Part shown: piece after piece, positions 36,201-51,200 of the stretch
Numbering within the stretch: position 1 is the stretch's first letter
Layout of the letters: the number at the start of each line of letters is the position of its first letter
Program-made: the position numbers and the translations under genes
Notes under the pieces: model-generated
Databases searched by the model: none
The model's input: the letters and a program-made list of their open reading frames with translations, nothing else
Told to the model about the DNA's origin: nothing
DNA from: Callorhinchus milii
Lineage: Eukaryota
NCBI RefSeq assembly: GCF_018977255.1
Contig: NW_024704742.1
Location: forward strand, 1,180,001-1,244,000
DNA length: 64,000 nucleotides
Direction of reading: 5' to 3'

Positions 36201-39200
36201 GGGAACTTTTCATATGCAGGTGGCATACATGGAGCTCTGTCTGGTTTGGAGACTCTTAAGCATGGCTTTCCGCATGTGTTGCACGCCGGGGCTGACACCT
36301 CCCTCTCACAAAAAAAATGCAACTACCATCTTATACCAATGGACCAAATCAATTAATTTCAAAAGTTCCGAGTGAATTAAGGGCACTGTTGCAAATATGA
36401 TATATATCCCAATCTATATCTGTTTGTCTTTTGCTCTCTCATTCTAAAAGCAATTAACTTTGAATTAAATGTTTAGCTATTTGATTTCCCCAAATATTAA
36501 GTCTCAGTTTTTGCAGGTCAGCGGTGGGGTTCGAGGAAGCAAGCGTAGTGAGCTAATGCCTCCTCCTTTCACTCTTGAGGCTTGAGATTGCCGTGCCTTT
36601 ATACTTTTTTTTTATTGCATTGAAGAATTCAGAAGTGCCGGATGACTTTCGGAGCGTGGATCCTTCAGGATGTGTCAGAACAATTAACAATAACAGCGTC
36701 AAGTGGACGTTGCACCTCGAAGGAAACAACGTACTTGAGTAGGTTTATTATCTCTTCGATCCATTGACAGATGTATAAACTGGAGTTAATTTTAATTTCA
36801 TTTTAGTTATAACTTGTTCTATAATACTCCCCTCAGTAAAGTATTCCGAGAGGACACCGGGTGACTTATATTGTACCCCTGAGGTCAGCTTTTCAGATAT
36901 CACTGCCAGGTCTACGTGTTGGGCACTCTTGGCTTCTCCTGTCAATATTAACCTCGAGTTGGGCTGAAGATTTTCCACCGCAGATTGGGCAAAATAGAAC
37001 ATTGGATCTATCTCGCATTGATTGCTGAACACGGTGTGTGCCCCCGACCCACCCACCAGTCCTTGTAGTATTTTTTGTTTCCCTGAAAAAAAAACTGCAC
37101 CTCAAAGGTTTAGGTACATTACATTTTAATTTACTATACAGTATATATATATTTTTTAAAAAACTTTGTCAGATTTTTAGCGATTGGGAACTGGGCTTAT
37201 TTTGGAAATGGGCTTCACAGGAGAAGCCATGTTGCTGTAGAGGTTCCTGTTAATGCCACTGAAGTGTGACTCTTTAATGGTGCTTTCTGCTAATCAGCTT
37301 CTCGTCCACATGTCAGGGACGTCACGCCTAGTTTGTGCTTTGAGTTATGGTGTTAGGCCATTTGATCTCATCCTTCCAGAGCAGCTACCCTGCCATCCTC
37401 CCATCACAGTATCAAGCTGTTTCTTAAATGAATCTAATCACCCTGGCCTGGCCTGGCCTGGCCTCACCCGTCCTTCCTGCTAACCTGTTTCAGTCATTAG
37501 CCATATTTCTGCGAATGTATCCGAGCACCACAGGAAACTCTGAATCTGCGTGACTGAGTGGTAGGGCACATCCCGTAATCCTTCACGTGTTGAGATCTGC
37601 TGTTCAGCACCCACCTGTGGTGACATCAGGGAAGGAGGGTGACCTCAGAGGTGGGGCTCTGTACCTCCTAATAACCGGTTTGGGCAGAGACGTGAAGGCT
37701 GTTACTTGCCAGTCTGCTCCTCCAGGGCAATGGGTGGGTTAGGAGGAGCCAAGAAAATGAACTGAACGGCTGAATGACTGAGTTATTTCAAGGTTGCCAT
37801 CTAAATCTGAATTCCAGCTTTAGTTACGAAACGGTTTGAGCCGCGCCATTTGGGCTTACGGTCTTAAAAATGATTCAATTGCTGCCCGAAAGTGGTTTCC
37901 CAGGCGGCCTCTTGTGGAGCGTAGAGGATGAGAACGTAATTGAAAGGTGCTGCAACTTTCCTGGCAGCGACGAAATGTACAGAGCCCTTGCTGTAACTCA
38001 GTAGTTGGGATTCGTAAAACATGTCGAGGCTGACATATTTTACTGTCAGCGCAGGAACCAGCCAGCTCACTTCCTAGAGGCTGGTTGGGTGCAAATGCAC
38101 TATCGTACCCTACCTCACTGAAATGCACGTTGCTAACTAAGCGCTCCGAGACGCCGTCCGTCGTGAAGGGCACTATACGAACGCAAGTTGTTGTTAAGTT
38201 ATGTATCGTCCAGAGGCTGCGCTCTATTTAATTTGTGCACTGGCTGTTTCTAAAGGGGTCGGTAATTATTAACGTCAGACACTCATTTTTATCGGTTACG
38301 TTGATCTGATTTCTGTTGCGTTGATAGGGAGAAAATGATTTGACTGTATCGTCCTTCGCGGTTGCCTGATGCTGGTTCAGAGAGGATTTCGTAGCAGGAA
38401 CAGTGCTTGTGCCTCAGACCGTCCTAATATATTGTAGATATTATCGTGAACGTTAATTAACTTACTCACAGAATATGCTGGTAAAATCATACCAGTTGTT
38501 CAGGATTCACTAGATGAGTAGTTCAGGACATGACACGTGCAAGCGACTGGCAGGGTGGTGGCAGGTGAACTGTGTGGACCTTCTGTCTTTTTTTTTCCAT
38601 CTAGCATTTCGGTGTTCCATGGCACAAGTATTAGGGAACGTTAATTAGGGCAAGCACATCGGAATACCCTTCGAGCCAGAGCGATTCACGATGAAAAGGG
38701 TCTGCCACGACTTGAATTAAAATGCGTTTCTCCTGTGGGGTTTTTTTTTTTCCCCGGAGCTTTTTTTTTAAAAAAAAACGAAACAAAATTAAGACAACTT
38801 TACTTTGTGATGTGAATTTGAGCTCTGTTTGAATTGCCTGCCGGTTTGGGATGGAACACGTGAAGTTAGCTCAAGCGGGTTGCTCACCTGTCGATCACCG
38901 ATGGTAGATAGCGAGCCAACTGGCAGATGACTAGTGAGTAGAATTCAACCTGTGTTGATTTTATTTTGAATCAGTTATATTGTTCCATTTTTTTTCTCTC
39001 TCTCTCTCCTCTGTTTACAGTGAATTGAACATGATCTTCTCTTCCGTCGCCTGCTTCAATGGAAGTTTTCTTGATCACCAGTAAGTGTGTGTGTGGAACC
39101 GCAATCACTTTTTAAGTTATACAGATGTTAAGAGCTTTGGGTGTTTAGAAATTGTGGAACCTTAAGATCAATTTGCATTGTGGACACGTTAACTGCAGGG

Positions 39201-42200
39201 ATTCTGGCTAAATCAATACATATATATATATATACACAGCGCCTTGCCTCATAACCACATCAGATGTTCTAAGTGGTTCACAAGGCAGTGCAGAAGGAGG
39301 CCATTTGGCCCATCGAGTTTGCACTGCTCTCAGAACACATTGCACTCTCAGTCCCATTGCCCTGCCCGATCCCTGGACCCTGAATGTAATTGAGTAACAA
39401 CCTAATATTGTAACAGGAAAAACATTTGCTGCTCTGGAGGGATCAGAGTTGTAATAATCCTTGCATTTGATATAGCACTTTATGTCTTTGAGACGTCTCA
39501 GAGCTCCTCACAGAATATACTGTACAGTGAATCTGTACTGTATATTTTGTGGGTGAAACGAGGCGGCAGCCAATTGCGCCCGGGGAAGTGCCACTGACTT
39601 GGCTTTCTCTGCACGGTGCACTTTTTATTCACTTTCTATAAGTGCTGTGTGCAAAAAAAAACGTCATTTGATACGAATACGTATAGAAAAGCAAATGCAA
39701 GGATTATTATATTATTATTTAGTTTGTGAAGCACATGGGAGCTGGTATCGGTGGCTATTCATGCTGGAAACCAGGGGCCAAAGGAAGCTGGCCCTATGAG
39801 CGAGACCATCAGGGGTTCCCGGGTCATTACCGGCTTCCCCTTGGAATATGTTTTATTTTAAATGGAATTCTATAATATTGGCCGCTGTGTCAATTTTTAC
39901 GTCATTGTAAACGAATAGTGGATATCCTTGAAAGCAAACAAATTCTGAAATCTGATCTCGAGCCATGAGTAAAGAAGAGAGAACAGAATTTTTTTCTGGC
40001 TGTAGTAGAAGCTACGGGTGGGGGTTGCTGGAGTTATAGGGGTATTGCTTCTAATTTGTAGCTTACCTATTTCATGGACTTGCAGCAATCCAAGTATAAT
40101 ATAAAAGTATATCAGTACTATATAAATATATAAATTGGCTGCCACGTTTCGTCCACAAGATATGCAGTCAATTCACTTAACAGTGTACTCTGTGAAGGGC
40201 CTTCAGACATCTCGAAGATGTGATAAGGCGCTATGTCAAATGCAAAGATTATTATTATTATTATACGCCTTAGAAATAAACAACAACAACAAAATTAAAC
40301 GTGTAGAGCGCCTTTCACGTCGGGCGGACGTCCCAAGGCGCTGAAACAAGTTTCAAATGCAGAGAAGTTTTTTTAAAAGCATGTCATGAAAGAGTGATGA
40401 AATGTGCTTTACGCTGTTTTTTTTTTGTGTTTTTTTAAAAAAAAAGTAAAAGTCTCCCTTTATTTATTTTCATCAGAAACGACGAACATTTTAAAACTGG
40501 CCCGTGGAGCTCCGGTGTTGACCTTATCGCCGCTCGATTGTTTTTTGACAAGATGGCAAAGACTGAGTACTCCAAGTTACTGCAGCAGGTAATTCGAAAA
40601 CTATTCTGCACTCCTCCGTTAGAATCGGGGAGAGGGGAGAAACGACATCAAGGCAGAGGAGACTCTCCTTCAAATCTCGGGGACTTGGAACTGACCTAAT
40701 GCTGACGAGGTGCACGTCCGCATGAGTTCTCAATGAATTTGGTACAGTAATCAATAACTTGCTGCAGTTACGTAGCACCTTTCAAACTGGTGGGGGTGTG
40801 TGTGTGTATGGATCATGGGCTGGGTCAATAGAAAAGTGCTGCTGCAATCCTTCCACGAAATCCGTTACACACATGCACCTCCCTGCCTCATACACGCGCC
40901 CCCCACCCCACCCCCCCACTCCGCTACACCCCCCCCCCCACACTCCTCTGTTGGTCCACCCAGTTTTTAGTGTTAAAGAAGCAATTAAAAGTTTTTTTTA
41001 GGCAGCAATCTAGAACGTGCTATTCCCTCATGTTTAGTTTTGATCAATAAATTGAAAAAATGTACTTGACGGTCAAATGTACCTCAACGTCACCAAAATT
41101 TGTCCCCGTAGAGGTTAGTCGCGTTTCACAAGCAACGTTTGGCAAATATTTCTGCACTTCTCTACTGCCGCAGCCGATGAAGATGAGTGAAGAGACTTTT
41201 TTTTTCCTTCTGTTTTTTTCAGGCTACTGTGACTTTGGAGAACCGTCTGATCGCTCAGTTGCCGACTTCGCCGCCTGATTTTGAGGCCATGAGAGCATTT
41301 TTAATTCTGCCGGTGTTTCCGCTCTTTCAAGACCCAAAGAATTACTTGACCTTAACTCTGCCGTTCGCCGCGGCTGTTCTGCGCTTGGACGCGAATCCGA
41401 GCAAAGTGTTAGGTAGGTACTGAGCGCGCGAGAAGGTGGTCTGACATTGCGGCCTCGTAAACGTCAATTACAAGCCAGTATTGCGACAAATGGGAACAAC
41501 TTCATGTTTTTTTTTAAAAAAAATACCGGTACAAAGACTTCAGCACCAGAATACAAGTCATTTAACACCCAAGGTTAGACTGCCTTGAAATCACTCGAGG
41601 GATTCTGTTATTTGTTAACGTATTGACAGCTGGCAGGTTATATCGCTCGCTAAATCGCAGAGATTTAAGTCAGTAGCTGCTGTCCGGAGAGTTTTGTCTG
41701 AAGGTGGCTGGCCGGGCGTTGTGCATTGAATCAATACAAGTCCGGAAAAGGTGGTCTGATCTGACCTGATCTATGTGAGGCACTGGCACGTTGACTGAAT
41801 TGGCACCACCTCTGGAGCCACCCGACAACAGTTTCCCACATTATCCACCGTTCTTTCCTCTCAACTTACGTTACGGTTATCTTTCCACATTTGATTTTGT
41901 TTTAAACCCCACTCCCCCCCCCCACCCAGCATTTTTCACAAGACATTTGCGGGTAGGTCTACCATCAGCAGTGCTGAATGCGAAAAGTATAGAGGAAACA
42001 TATTAAATGTTTTAACATTTTGTTGAGCGATACAACCCGATACTTTGGAGCACTTTGCAAACTGTTTGGCAGTGCCATTGGTATTCTAATGTTCCGTGTC
42101 TGAAGGTTAGGATCCAGGTTTATCTCAACTGTGCAAATAAATGCGAGTCTAGTTGTAGTTTTGACATTGAAAGTATGATTTTTGTTTCAAGCCATCAGCT

Positions 42201-45200
42201 TGTAGCAGACAAACGTTTGGCCAGGTAAATACCCTTTTCTTTGGTCTTCCTAGATAATTGGTGGTCGGAGGTGGACATTGGGTACTTCTGCCGATTAGTA
42301 GAAATCTACAAGAACGCTGTGGTCTTCCTTTTGACCAGGATGAAGACTCTCCAGCTGGCTCCTCTGCTTAGCCATTATGTAATTTATGCTCTTCGAGTTT
42401 TAGAAAAACTGTACAAGGTATTTATTGTTTATATTACCTTCCCTTTTGACACTTAGTAATGCTAACCCTTTTTCACTTTGGTGCAAGGAATTGTGGTAAT
42501 TTATTACTTGCGCATGGATTTTGTGTGTGTGTGTGTGTCGTGATCTTTTTTGTATTTAGAAAATTAAATAAGGTTTTAGTGGCCCAAATAAAAAGAAGAA
42601 TGGGTTTTCCTCTTGTGACTGTATTCACCACAAAGAAAGCAGCAGGTCCCTGTTCTCCGGTGATCTGAACTGTGCCTCTCCTCATTGCGCAGGTGAACAT
42701 GAACGCAAACCGTGTTGCCTACGATGTGTTTTATGTACATGAACTCAATAACCTGGTGAACATTGAGACAGATTATCTCTACTGGGCGTCGCAGCAGGCT
42801 GGAGTCGTGAGTAAATGCTTTTATGAATTCTTGTAACTCACCCATTTTGAGATTTAATAATAATAATAATAAAACAATTCTTTTTCCTACCGTTGTCATG
42901 CAACTGAATTTCCCGTACGTTGTCTTTTTTTTACAGAAAATTCAGCCGGCGATTGCAGAGGTAAAAACATTTATTACTATGATACCGAATTCTTATTGGA
43001 GACAGAGTAACGCAGCTAAGAGTTTTTACAAGAGTAAAGCATAACATGAATGTTTTCTTAAAAATGTGAGAGCCTGTCTCACACTTTCGTTGGTATAGGC
43101 TTATCTGTTCCCGAAATGTTTTGTTCCCGAAGTGGTTTGAAACGAGTATTGTGAGACGGAATTGGTACCTGCAAAGTATAAAGTTGAAACCTCTGCAGCA
43201 CCAAGGAAAATCTGTAGCTAGACCCCCCCCCCCCCCGCAAACACACAAGCGCACACACTTCTCTTTAAGACTGAAAAGCAGATGTCCAACAGTTAGGGCA
43301 TACTGACTGAATCGTTTCCTATCATGAAGGAAATGGAGATGAAGGTAAGACAGTTGTTAGAAAACATTGCTGCTAACGCATGGTCTGGCCTGATTGCGTA
43401 TCTAAAATGCTGCTGCACTGACGTCCATTTCAGTGCAAACGTTTCTCAGTAGTTGAGCAGATTTAAGTGCCACATGCAGCAAAGTGGGAAGCGAACCCTT
43501 TCAGTTAAGAGGAACGAGGAAGGTGTTTAAAATCATGATCGCGCTTGCCAAACTGGAGACATGGAGAGGTTCAGGGAAACGGAAGATGCAATGGACGTTC
43601 TTTCAGGAGCAGAACTAAAAACACCAAGTATTGAAAGTAAAGATAATGTGGCCGGGCAACAGCTAGAAAATCATTAATCTCTTCCTCCCCCCCCCCCCAC
43701 CCCACCCACCCACCCCCCAAAGAAAGCCACAAGCAAAGCCCAGCACGGGGTTGATATTAATAAAAGTGTGAGTCAACGCTTGCTTGTTTTAAATGGACTT
43801 ATTGCTCTTAGGTCTATGTTTTATTGCAGTGTTGCTGGAATAACGTCAGGGGCTCCACAAATTCCCTCACAAATCCCTAAAGGTTTTCGTGAGCGAGAAG
43901 AGTGTTTTGCCATCGCATAAGGTCTCCAGCCCCATCTAAGATGTGCCGTTTGCGGTGTGTTTTTCCTCAGATTCCCGTTGCATTTTGCACTTACCCCTTT
44001 GTTTTGAATGCTCGGGCAAAAACCAAAATGTTGCAAACTGACGCCGCCTTACAGATGCAGGTAAGACTGCTTTACTCTCACCAACCACAGCGCTTTGGGT
44101 GTCGTCCTGTTATTATTATATTATCAACGACATAACTGAACGTAAGTAACCCTGTGGCATAGGAGCAGATGTCGTCATTTGCGTCTCGGTTGGAGTTTTA
44201 TTCAGGAGCGTGTGTTGGCATTCAGGACCTTCCGTGTGATTGCGTGCCTTGTTCTAGAACTACACAGGAGGTGGTGCGTGTCTTGCACTGAGCATCATCT
44301 CCACTGTAAACGCTACGAAACAAAGCAACCTCTGAGCATTTGAATCTGATGTGCTATTTTCTCAGCCCGTCGGAAAAGTGTTTCGATTTCCTCTACATTT
44401 CTTAGGTTAGCTTCAGAGCGTTTTTGAAGCCGGTTTTGTGTAAGTTCTTTTAAGAATGTAAATGTTTCATCCACATATATACAGTCAATTCACTTTACAG
44501 TATATTACATTACATATTACAGTATATTCTCTTTGACCGTGCCTTCAGCTCTCCTCTCGACTCTCTACCCACTCCTCGCTCCCTCCCCTTACCCTGACCA
44601 TTTCCCCCCTTGATCGGGTCCTGACCCAACTGTCCAGCGTCTTGTGACGTCCTCTCGACGTGAAAGGCACTCTATAAATGAAATCTTGTTGTTGTTGTTG
44701 AAGCGCTTTGAGACGTCTCGAAGACGTGAAAAGCGCTATATCAAATGCAAGGATTATTATTATTATTATTAAGGCTTTATGGCTGTTTGTGGGACGCTGC
44801 TACGCTCAATTGGCTGCCTCGGTTCGCCCACTTTTTTCAATATGTTCTGCGAAGTGCTTTGAGACTTTTCTACGGCACGATCAAGTGTAAAGATAATTAT
44901 TATTATTATTATTTAAGGCTGAATTCCAAAATTTACCTGCCCTTGTCTTGCAGATAGCGGTGAACCGGACTGGAGTGGAGAACATCTTCATGCTGCTCAC
45001 ACTGGGACCGTTCTTGACCAGCAGCCCCTTCCTGGTCCTGCATGTGCAGCGGGACAACCTGGTCAGTGATGCATTGAGAGAGCTCAGCATCCACTCGGAC
45101 GTGGACCTGAAAAAGCCGCTGAAGGTAAGAGGTTTACCTTGGTTTAGATTATTCAACAATCACGTTCTGATCCAACTTCAGGACCGCATTGTCCTCACTC

Positions 45201-48200
45201 GGCCTGGGGTAGGTAACCATGAGCCACGGGAGCCAGCTAACTTGTGTTGGTTGTCGTGTGTTTGCAGGTGGTGTTTCTGGGAGAGGAAGCTGTGGATGAC
45301 GGCGGGGTGACGAAGGAGTTCTTCCTGTTGCTGCTGAAGGAGCTGCTGGACCCCAAGTACGGGATGTTCACGCAATACGAGCAATCCAGGCTCATATGGT
45401 TTTCGGAAAAAGTGAGTCGGTCGCCTTTTGCTTGCGCTTGAACTTGGCAAATCTCTCGTTTCTGTTTTCTGCGTGTTCGCCCACAAAACACAAGTCACTC
45501 CGCTTCTTCAGAGTATATCCTGTGAAGCGCTCTGGGTGTCGTCCTGTTATTATTACGTTATCATTGAAAGGATTATGATTATAAGGCTTTTTGCTCCAGA
45601 TATTTTAAAATGAGTGGAAAATCAGAGGGCTTCAGAGGTTAATGTACGGCACTCCTTAAAGGAGGGTATGATGAAGAATCGCGTAATCCCTTGTGTCAGT
45701 TTATTCTAGAGCAACTCGAGGACGATGACTGACACTGATATATATTCTCAGTTTAAGGATCGTGAATTCCCAGATTAATGCAATGTTTAGAGTGTGTCTG
45801 TGCAGCCATGTGCTTCTGCAATTTCTGTTCTTATATATATTTTTGAAAATGCATAAAAGTTAGTTGATGCTTGAGCACCCAGTTAAAAAAAAGTGAGCAC
45901 AGGAAAAGTTATTTGGTCCATCGAATCCGTACCACTACTACCCCTATTGTTTTTAAAAACAAACTTTTTATTAATCTCCCTTTTCCAACTTTTCCATATT
46001 CCCTCATGTTTGTATCTCCAGGTAACAGATTTGCCTATTAATATTTGAAAAAAAAAACTTGCTTTTCAATCGTGTACTATGTTCAAGTGCATATCAAATG
46101 TGTTTGGGTTGTGTATCAGAAAGTAAAATAATTGACGTAAATGTACTTTGTATTATTTCCTCCTTCGCTGTTTCCTGATCTCTTTCTTTCCCCTCATTGC
46201 TATCCGCAGACCTTTGTGGAGCAAAACTGGTTCCACCTGATAGGTATCCTGTGTGGTTTGGCCATTTATAACTTCACCGTGGTGGACTTGCACTTTCCGC
46301 TCGTACTGTACAAAAAGTTGCTCAACGTCAAGCCGTCTCTGGACGACCTGAAGGAACTCTCTCCCACCGAGGGCAGGTGAGCGTCTATACCTGGTCGTTC
46401 AGACTGTTTTTAGTCAGTCTGCCAAACAAATAGTATTTAGGCAATGCGGAAAAAACGTTGGCTAAAGGACAAGAACTGGAGAGTAGAGAAAATGGATGTT
46501 TTTCACATTGGACCAATCTTAAGAGTCGTCAGTGATAAGACTGTTACTTATATAAAAATATAAATCTAGGTACAACTTCAAAATTTACAGGTGATAACAA
46601 TTAGAGGTGCGTGTGAGAGAGAGAGAGAGAGAGAGAGAGAATGTGTGTGTATGTGTGAGAGTGTTGAGTGTGTGTGTATGAGACAGTGTGAGTGTGAGAG
46701 AGAGAGAGAAAATGTGTCCAGAACCTATCTAAGAGCTGCCAGAGCAAGCACAGAACTGGGGACAAAGTGTCATTGCTGATGGTTGTCGTTTCTCTCCTCC
46801 ATTCCCTCCGTAGTTGGAGTGGTGGAGGGGCTCTGCTCTGAGGCAGCAAGGCCACAAATAGAGGGTGATTGTTTGACTGGGCTGGAGAGATGGCCATTCA
46901 GTGAAGCCCGTGGTCTGTGGCTCACTCTGGAGGTGCTCGGATGCTCTGATTGCAGCCCTTTATTTTTGCAGGAGTCTGCAGCAGTTACTTGATCACCCTG
47001 ACAATGACGTGGAAGATGCATTCTGTCTAACCTTTGCGGTAAGAAGAGGTTTCCAACCCTCCCCTTCATCACCACTGGCTCCCAGCGCCCCAACGGATCG
47101 ATTTGAAGATCCTCATTCCTACCTCCCAATGCCTCGTGGCCTTGCACAAGCCAGCTTTGCCATCTCCTTCCTTTGCCCACTCCCTCTGCTTTGCCAACTC
47201 GGGATAGCTTCAAGTCTTTTTCCCCCCCCCCACCTCTACAATAGTCCTTACATTTGATGTAGCACCTTCCGCCCACAAAATATAGTCAATCCGCTTTATA
47301 ATATATTCTGTGAAGCGGTTTGAGACGTCTCAACGACGTGATAAGGCGCGATATCAAATGCAAGGATTAGTATTACTCTTTCGCGTTCCAAAGCGCTTCA
47401 CAGTGACTGTGTGTTGTGGCAGCAGTGCCCCGCAAATAGCCACGAAGTGAACGATCAATTTTATCAGGGTGGGGTTGTTGGTCAGGACACTGGGAGAAGC
47501 TCTTTTTGAATGGTGTCATGGGATCTTTAACGCCGACCTTGGAACAGTGGGCGAGGAGAGCTCTCGGACAGTTGTTTCCGATCCCTGGAAATTCTCCCTG
47601 AACGCTTTCCGCTTCGCTCCCCCACCCTGGTGCGTTCAAGAAAAAATGCAGGAATGCTGCATGACCATCATACACACTGTGACAAAGGGAACTCGACGTG
47701 ACAAGGCACCAGCTTCCTGCTGCAGGAACTGTGCCGCTATCCTGGGTACTCGCCTGAAGTACGGAATGTACTTGAAACGAGAAACTATTTGCGTTCTTTG
47801 GTTAGATTTTTTGTTTTCTTCTGGAACGCCGTTCAAGTTGGTTCAAAACGCCACAGGGCTGGACCCAGAACCTGGACGTTTCAAGGTCTCGTTTTATTTT
47901 ATGTTGGAACCATTTAAAAAAAAAAAAAAAAAAAACTTTTTGACTTTTTAAAATCGTTGTGCTTTTTTTTTTTGACAGATCTTTAGGGAAAATTACGGAA
48001 TCATTGAATTACAGGAATTGGTGCCCGGAGGTAATAAGGTAGCTGTGAAGAAAGAGAATCGGTGAGTCTTTCCTTCAGTGGGATATGGTAGAATGGAACT
48101 TACCCTCTTATGTGTTGCCATTTCCCCCCCCCCCGGTGTTTGTATTATTTTTGTCTACCCCATTAATTACCTCAGGTAATTAGAGTTAGGTCTGAAGATC

Positions 48201-51200
48201 AGCCATGATCTTATCGAATGGCGGGGAAGGCTCGAGGGGCCGAATGGCCTTCTCCTGCTCCTGATTCTTATGTTCTTCTTATGTCGGCGTTTAATACTTT
48301 GGTTTGTTTTTTTCTCTCCCACATTTCGGTCCGATTTAATTTGATGCGTGTCAACATTAGATCTCACTGTTGGCAGCCGGCTTGGTGATTTGAGGATTGG
48401 AGCGAGGAGTCAGCTCTCTTCCCACCTCATTTCCCCGCAATTTTCCCTGTGCCCCCGGTTGAATAATTTCCCGTAATAATCCCCCAGTTTTACTTGGTGG
48501 ATTTGCTGGCCAGGACACCAGGAGAATCTCCCCTCTCTTTTCGAATTGTGCCAAGGAATCGTTTAACACCCACCTGAACAGGCAGATGGGACCTCGGTCG
48601 AACGTCTCATTTCCAAACGTTCGGCACCTCTGAAAATAAATGCATAGCTCCCCGGCACCGCATAAGACGATATGAGGTCCGAGTCTCAATGTGGGAGATG
48701 AACCCACAGCCTTCTAACTTGGAGATTACCAACGGAACCAGTGTGGCACAAATACCTTAGGGAGGGCGGGGAGGCAATTGATGGAAAATGGGAAAAGCCT
48801 ACAATTAACCCTTGAGCATTTTAGAAGCTCCAGAAAATGTTCCCCCGGTTCATTCACTGCAAGTAATCACGTTTCTTTACAACTAACACTGAGCCTCTAA
48901 CGTCCTTGCAGGAAGGAGTACGTGGAAGCTTACGTGGACTTTATCTTCAATAACTCCATCCGTGAGCTCTTCTTAGCTTTCTCCAGCGGGTTCCTGAAGG
49001 TCAGCGGAGGGAAGGTTCTGCACCTGTTCCAGCCCAGCGAGCTGATGGCTATGGTGGTGGGGAACACTAACTTCAACTGGAAAGAGCTGGAAATGGTAGG
49101 AGGCCCTTTGGAGGGTGCGGGTGGGTGCCTTTCCTTACCCCTAGTTCTGCAGTGAAGTGTGATCAGCACTCGCAGAGAGTCAACGGGGAGGCCGATTTTC
49201 AACTTGCTGACAAGCGAAGTTGCTGTGATTATTTCAAATCGTCTTCTCAACAACAGCAAAAATTACATTTATAGAGCGCCTTTCACATCGGGAGGACGTC
49301 CCAAGGAGGTTTTCTCGAGTGAAAACCTCCCTGAGCTCTCCCTGTTCTGCTTGCACCACACCTCTTTTGGCCTCCTCTCTGCCCAGTTTAAAATTCAGTG
49401 CACACCGAGGGACAGAGAGAATGATTAAATCCCGGCCTATTGTATGACCGTGCTCAGCAACCTAACCACTGCAACAGTTCAGCTTCACCCAGCAGTTGGT
49501 TGTACTATTGTTATTTTGCCTTCTCTGCTTTGAACACTAGCATTTCTAGGTAGCTTACAGTGTGAGCTGTCTCCCAGTGGATCAATTTCGAGTTCCCTTC
49601 ATGCCCGATCACCACTCTGACCTCCTACCACACTTCCCTGCTTTCCGCTCGGCTAACTCGGGCACACACACCCCGCTCTACCTGTGCCATCATCAGTGGT
49701 TGAGTTTTCGGATTCTACGCTCCTAACGTCTAGAGCACCTTCAACCCCTTTCTCGCTCCCCCTCGCTACCTATCGGCAAGTCCTGCCTTAAAACCTGCCT
49801 GGTCTCCTGCATCTCTGATCATCTCCCCTCCCCTTTGCTTGACAACTCGCCCCATCGGTGTTAAGTTCTCCAAGATGTTCTCCTGATGGAGGCTGCTACA
49901 TAAAATTCTAGTTGTTGCATTTGTTGTTGCGCCTTGGGACGTCCTCCCGACGTGAAAGGCTCTTTACAAATGTAATTTTGTCGCTGTGTTGTTGTTGTTT
50001 ATTGTTGTTTCATTTCCCTGGCCTATTTCGGGCCAATGCATCCATCCACAAATTGTACCCCAGCATTGGCGGGCAAGGGTTCAATCAGAACAAACACCTG
50101 GAGCCCCTCTAATTTGCCCCTCCTTCCGAGTTTTAAAAATCTGCCTTAAGACTTTGCCTCTTCACGTGATTATAGCCATTGTTTCCCTGTTCCACCCCGC
50201 TCGCCCCCATCACCCCCACCCACCAACCCCCTCATTGTTCCCCCTGCACCCCACCCCCCCACCCCAACTCTCTTGCCCAGCAAGTTATATCCATAGGTTG
50301 TCTTTGGCACTAAAAGTGTAACTTGTACAGTTCTCTTGATCCAACTTTCTTTTTATTCCATTGTGTGTTTTTACCCAGTCTGCGATATACAAAGGGGAGT
50401 ACCATGCTGCACATCCCACCATCAAGTTATTCTGGGAAGTTCTCCATCAGCTTCCCTTGGAAAAAAAGAAGCTGTTCCTTTGTAAGTACCGGTACTTGGC
50501 GCAAAACGTGGTGGTGTTAAAACCCTCGCAAGAAACCTTTAAACCTTTTAAGTCTTTCAGAACATTAAGGCACAGGCCTTTCTCTGGATACGAGGGTATT
50601 GCCTCTGACGATATAAACGTGTGCTGTTAGGCATTTAATGTTTGTGGGGAAATCTCTTCTGTAAATGCTTTATATTAAAGTCTAGAGTTTGTAGGCATCT
50701 GATCCTGAACTTGTTGACAGGGTGCTTATGAATACTGTTTTTGTGCGGCGTTCCTCAGGGCTCTGTCCTTGGTCCCCTCCTCTTTAATATTTACATGTTC
50801 CCGCTCGATGATGTCTACCGCAGACATGGGGTTAACATCCACATGTATGCGGATGACACCCAACTCTATCTCTCTGTCTCCACCCTCGACTCTGGGACCA
50901 CTGCTGTCCTGGTAGATTGGCTGTCACCGACATCAAGTGCTGGATGAGAGCTAACTTTCTCCAGTTGAACGATGACAAGACAGAGGCTTTCCTGCTTGGC
51001 TCCTGTCAAGGCCTCCACACCTGAGGCGCTGACAGCACCACTATTCACGCATGCACACTCCACCTCTCAGAGCCAGTAAGGAACCTTGGTGTACTGTTCA
51101 ACCCTCAATTGTTCTTTAAACCCCATGTCCTCAAAATTCCTCCCATCCTCGCTCGGCTCCACTGGCTCCCCATTCCCCCGGAGGATCGAGTTTAAAATCC

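Noticed and set aside
45668..45738. Box C/D snoRNA candidate (ATGATGA...CTGA) in HERC3 intron 18
   Set aside because: Weak terminal stem and no recognisable rRNA-complementary guide; compatible with chance.
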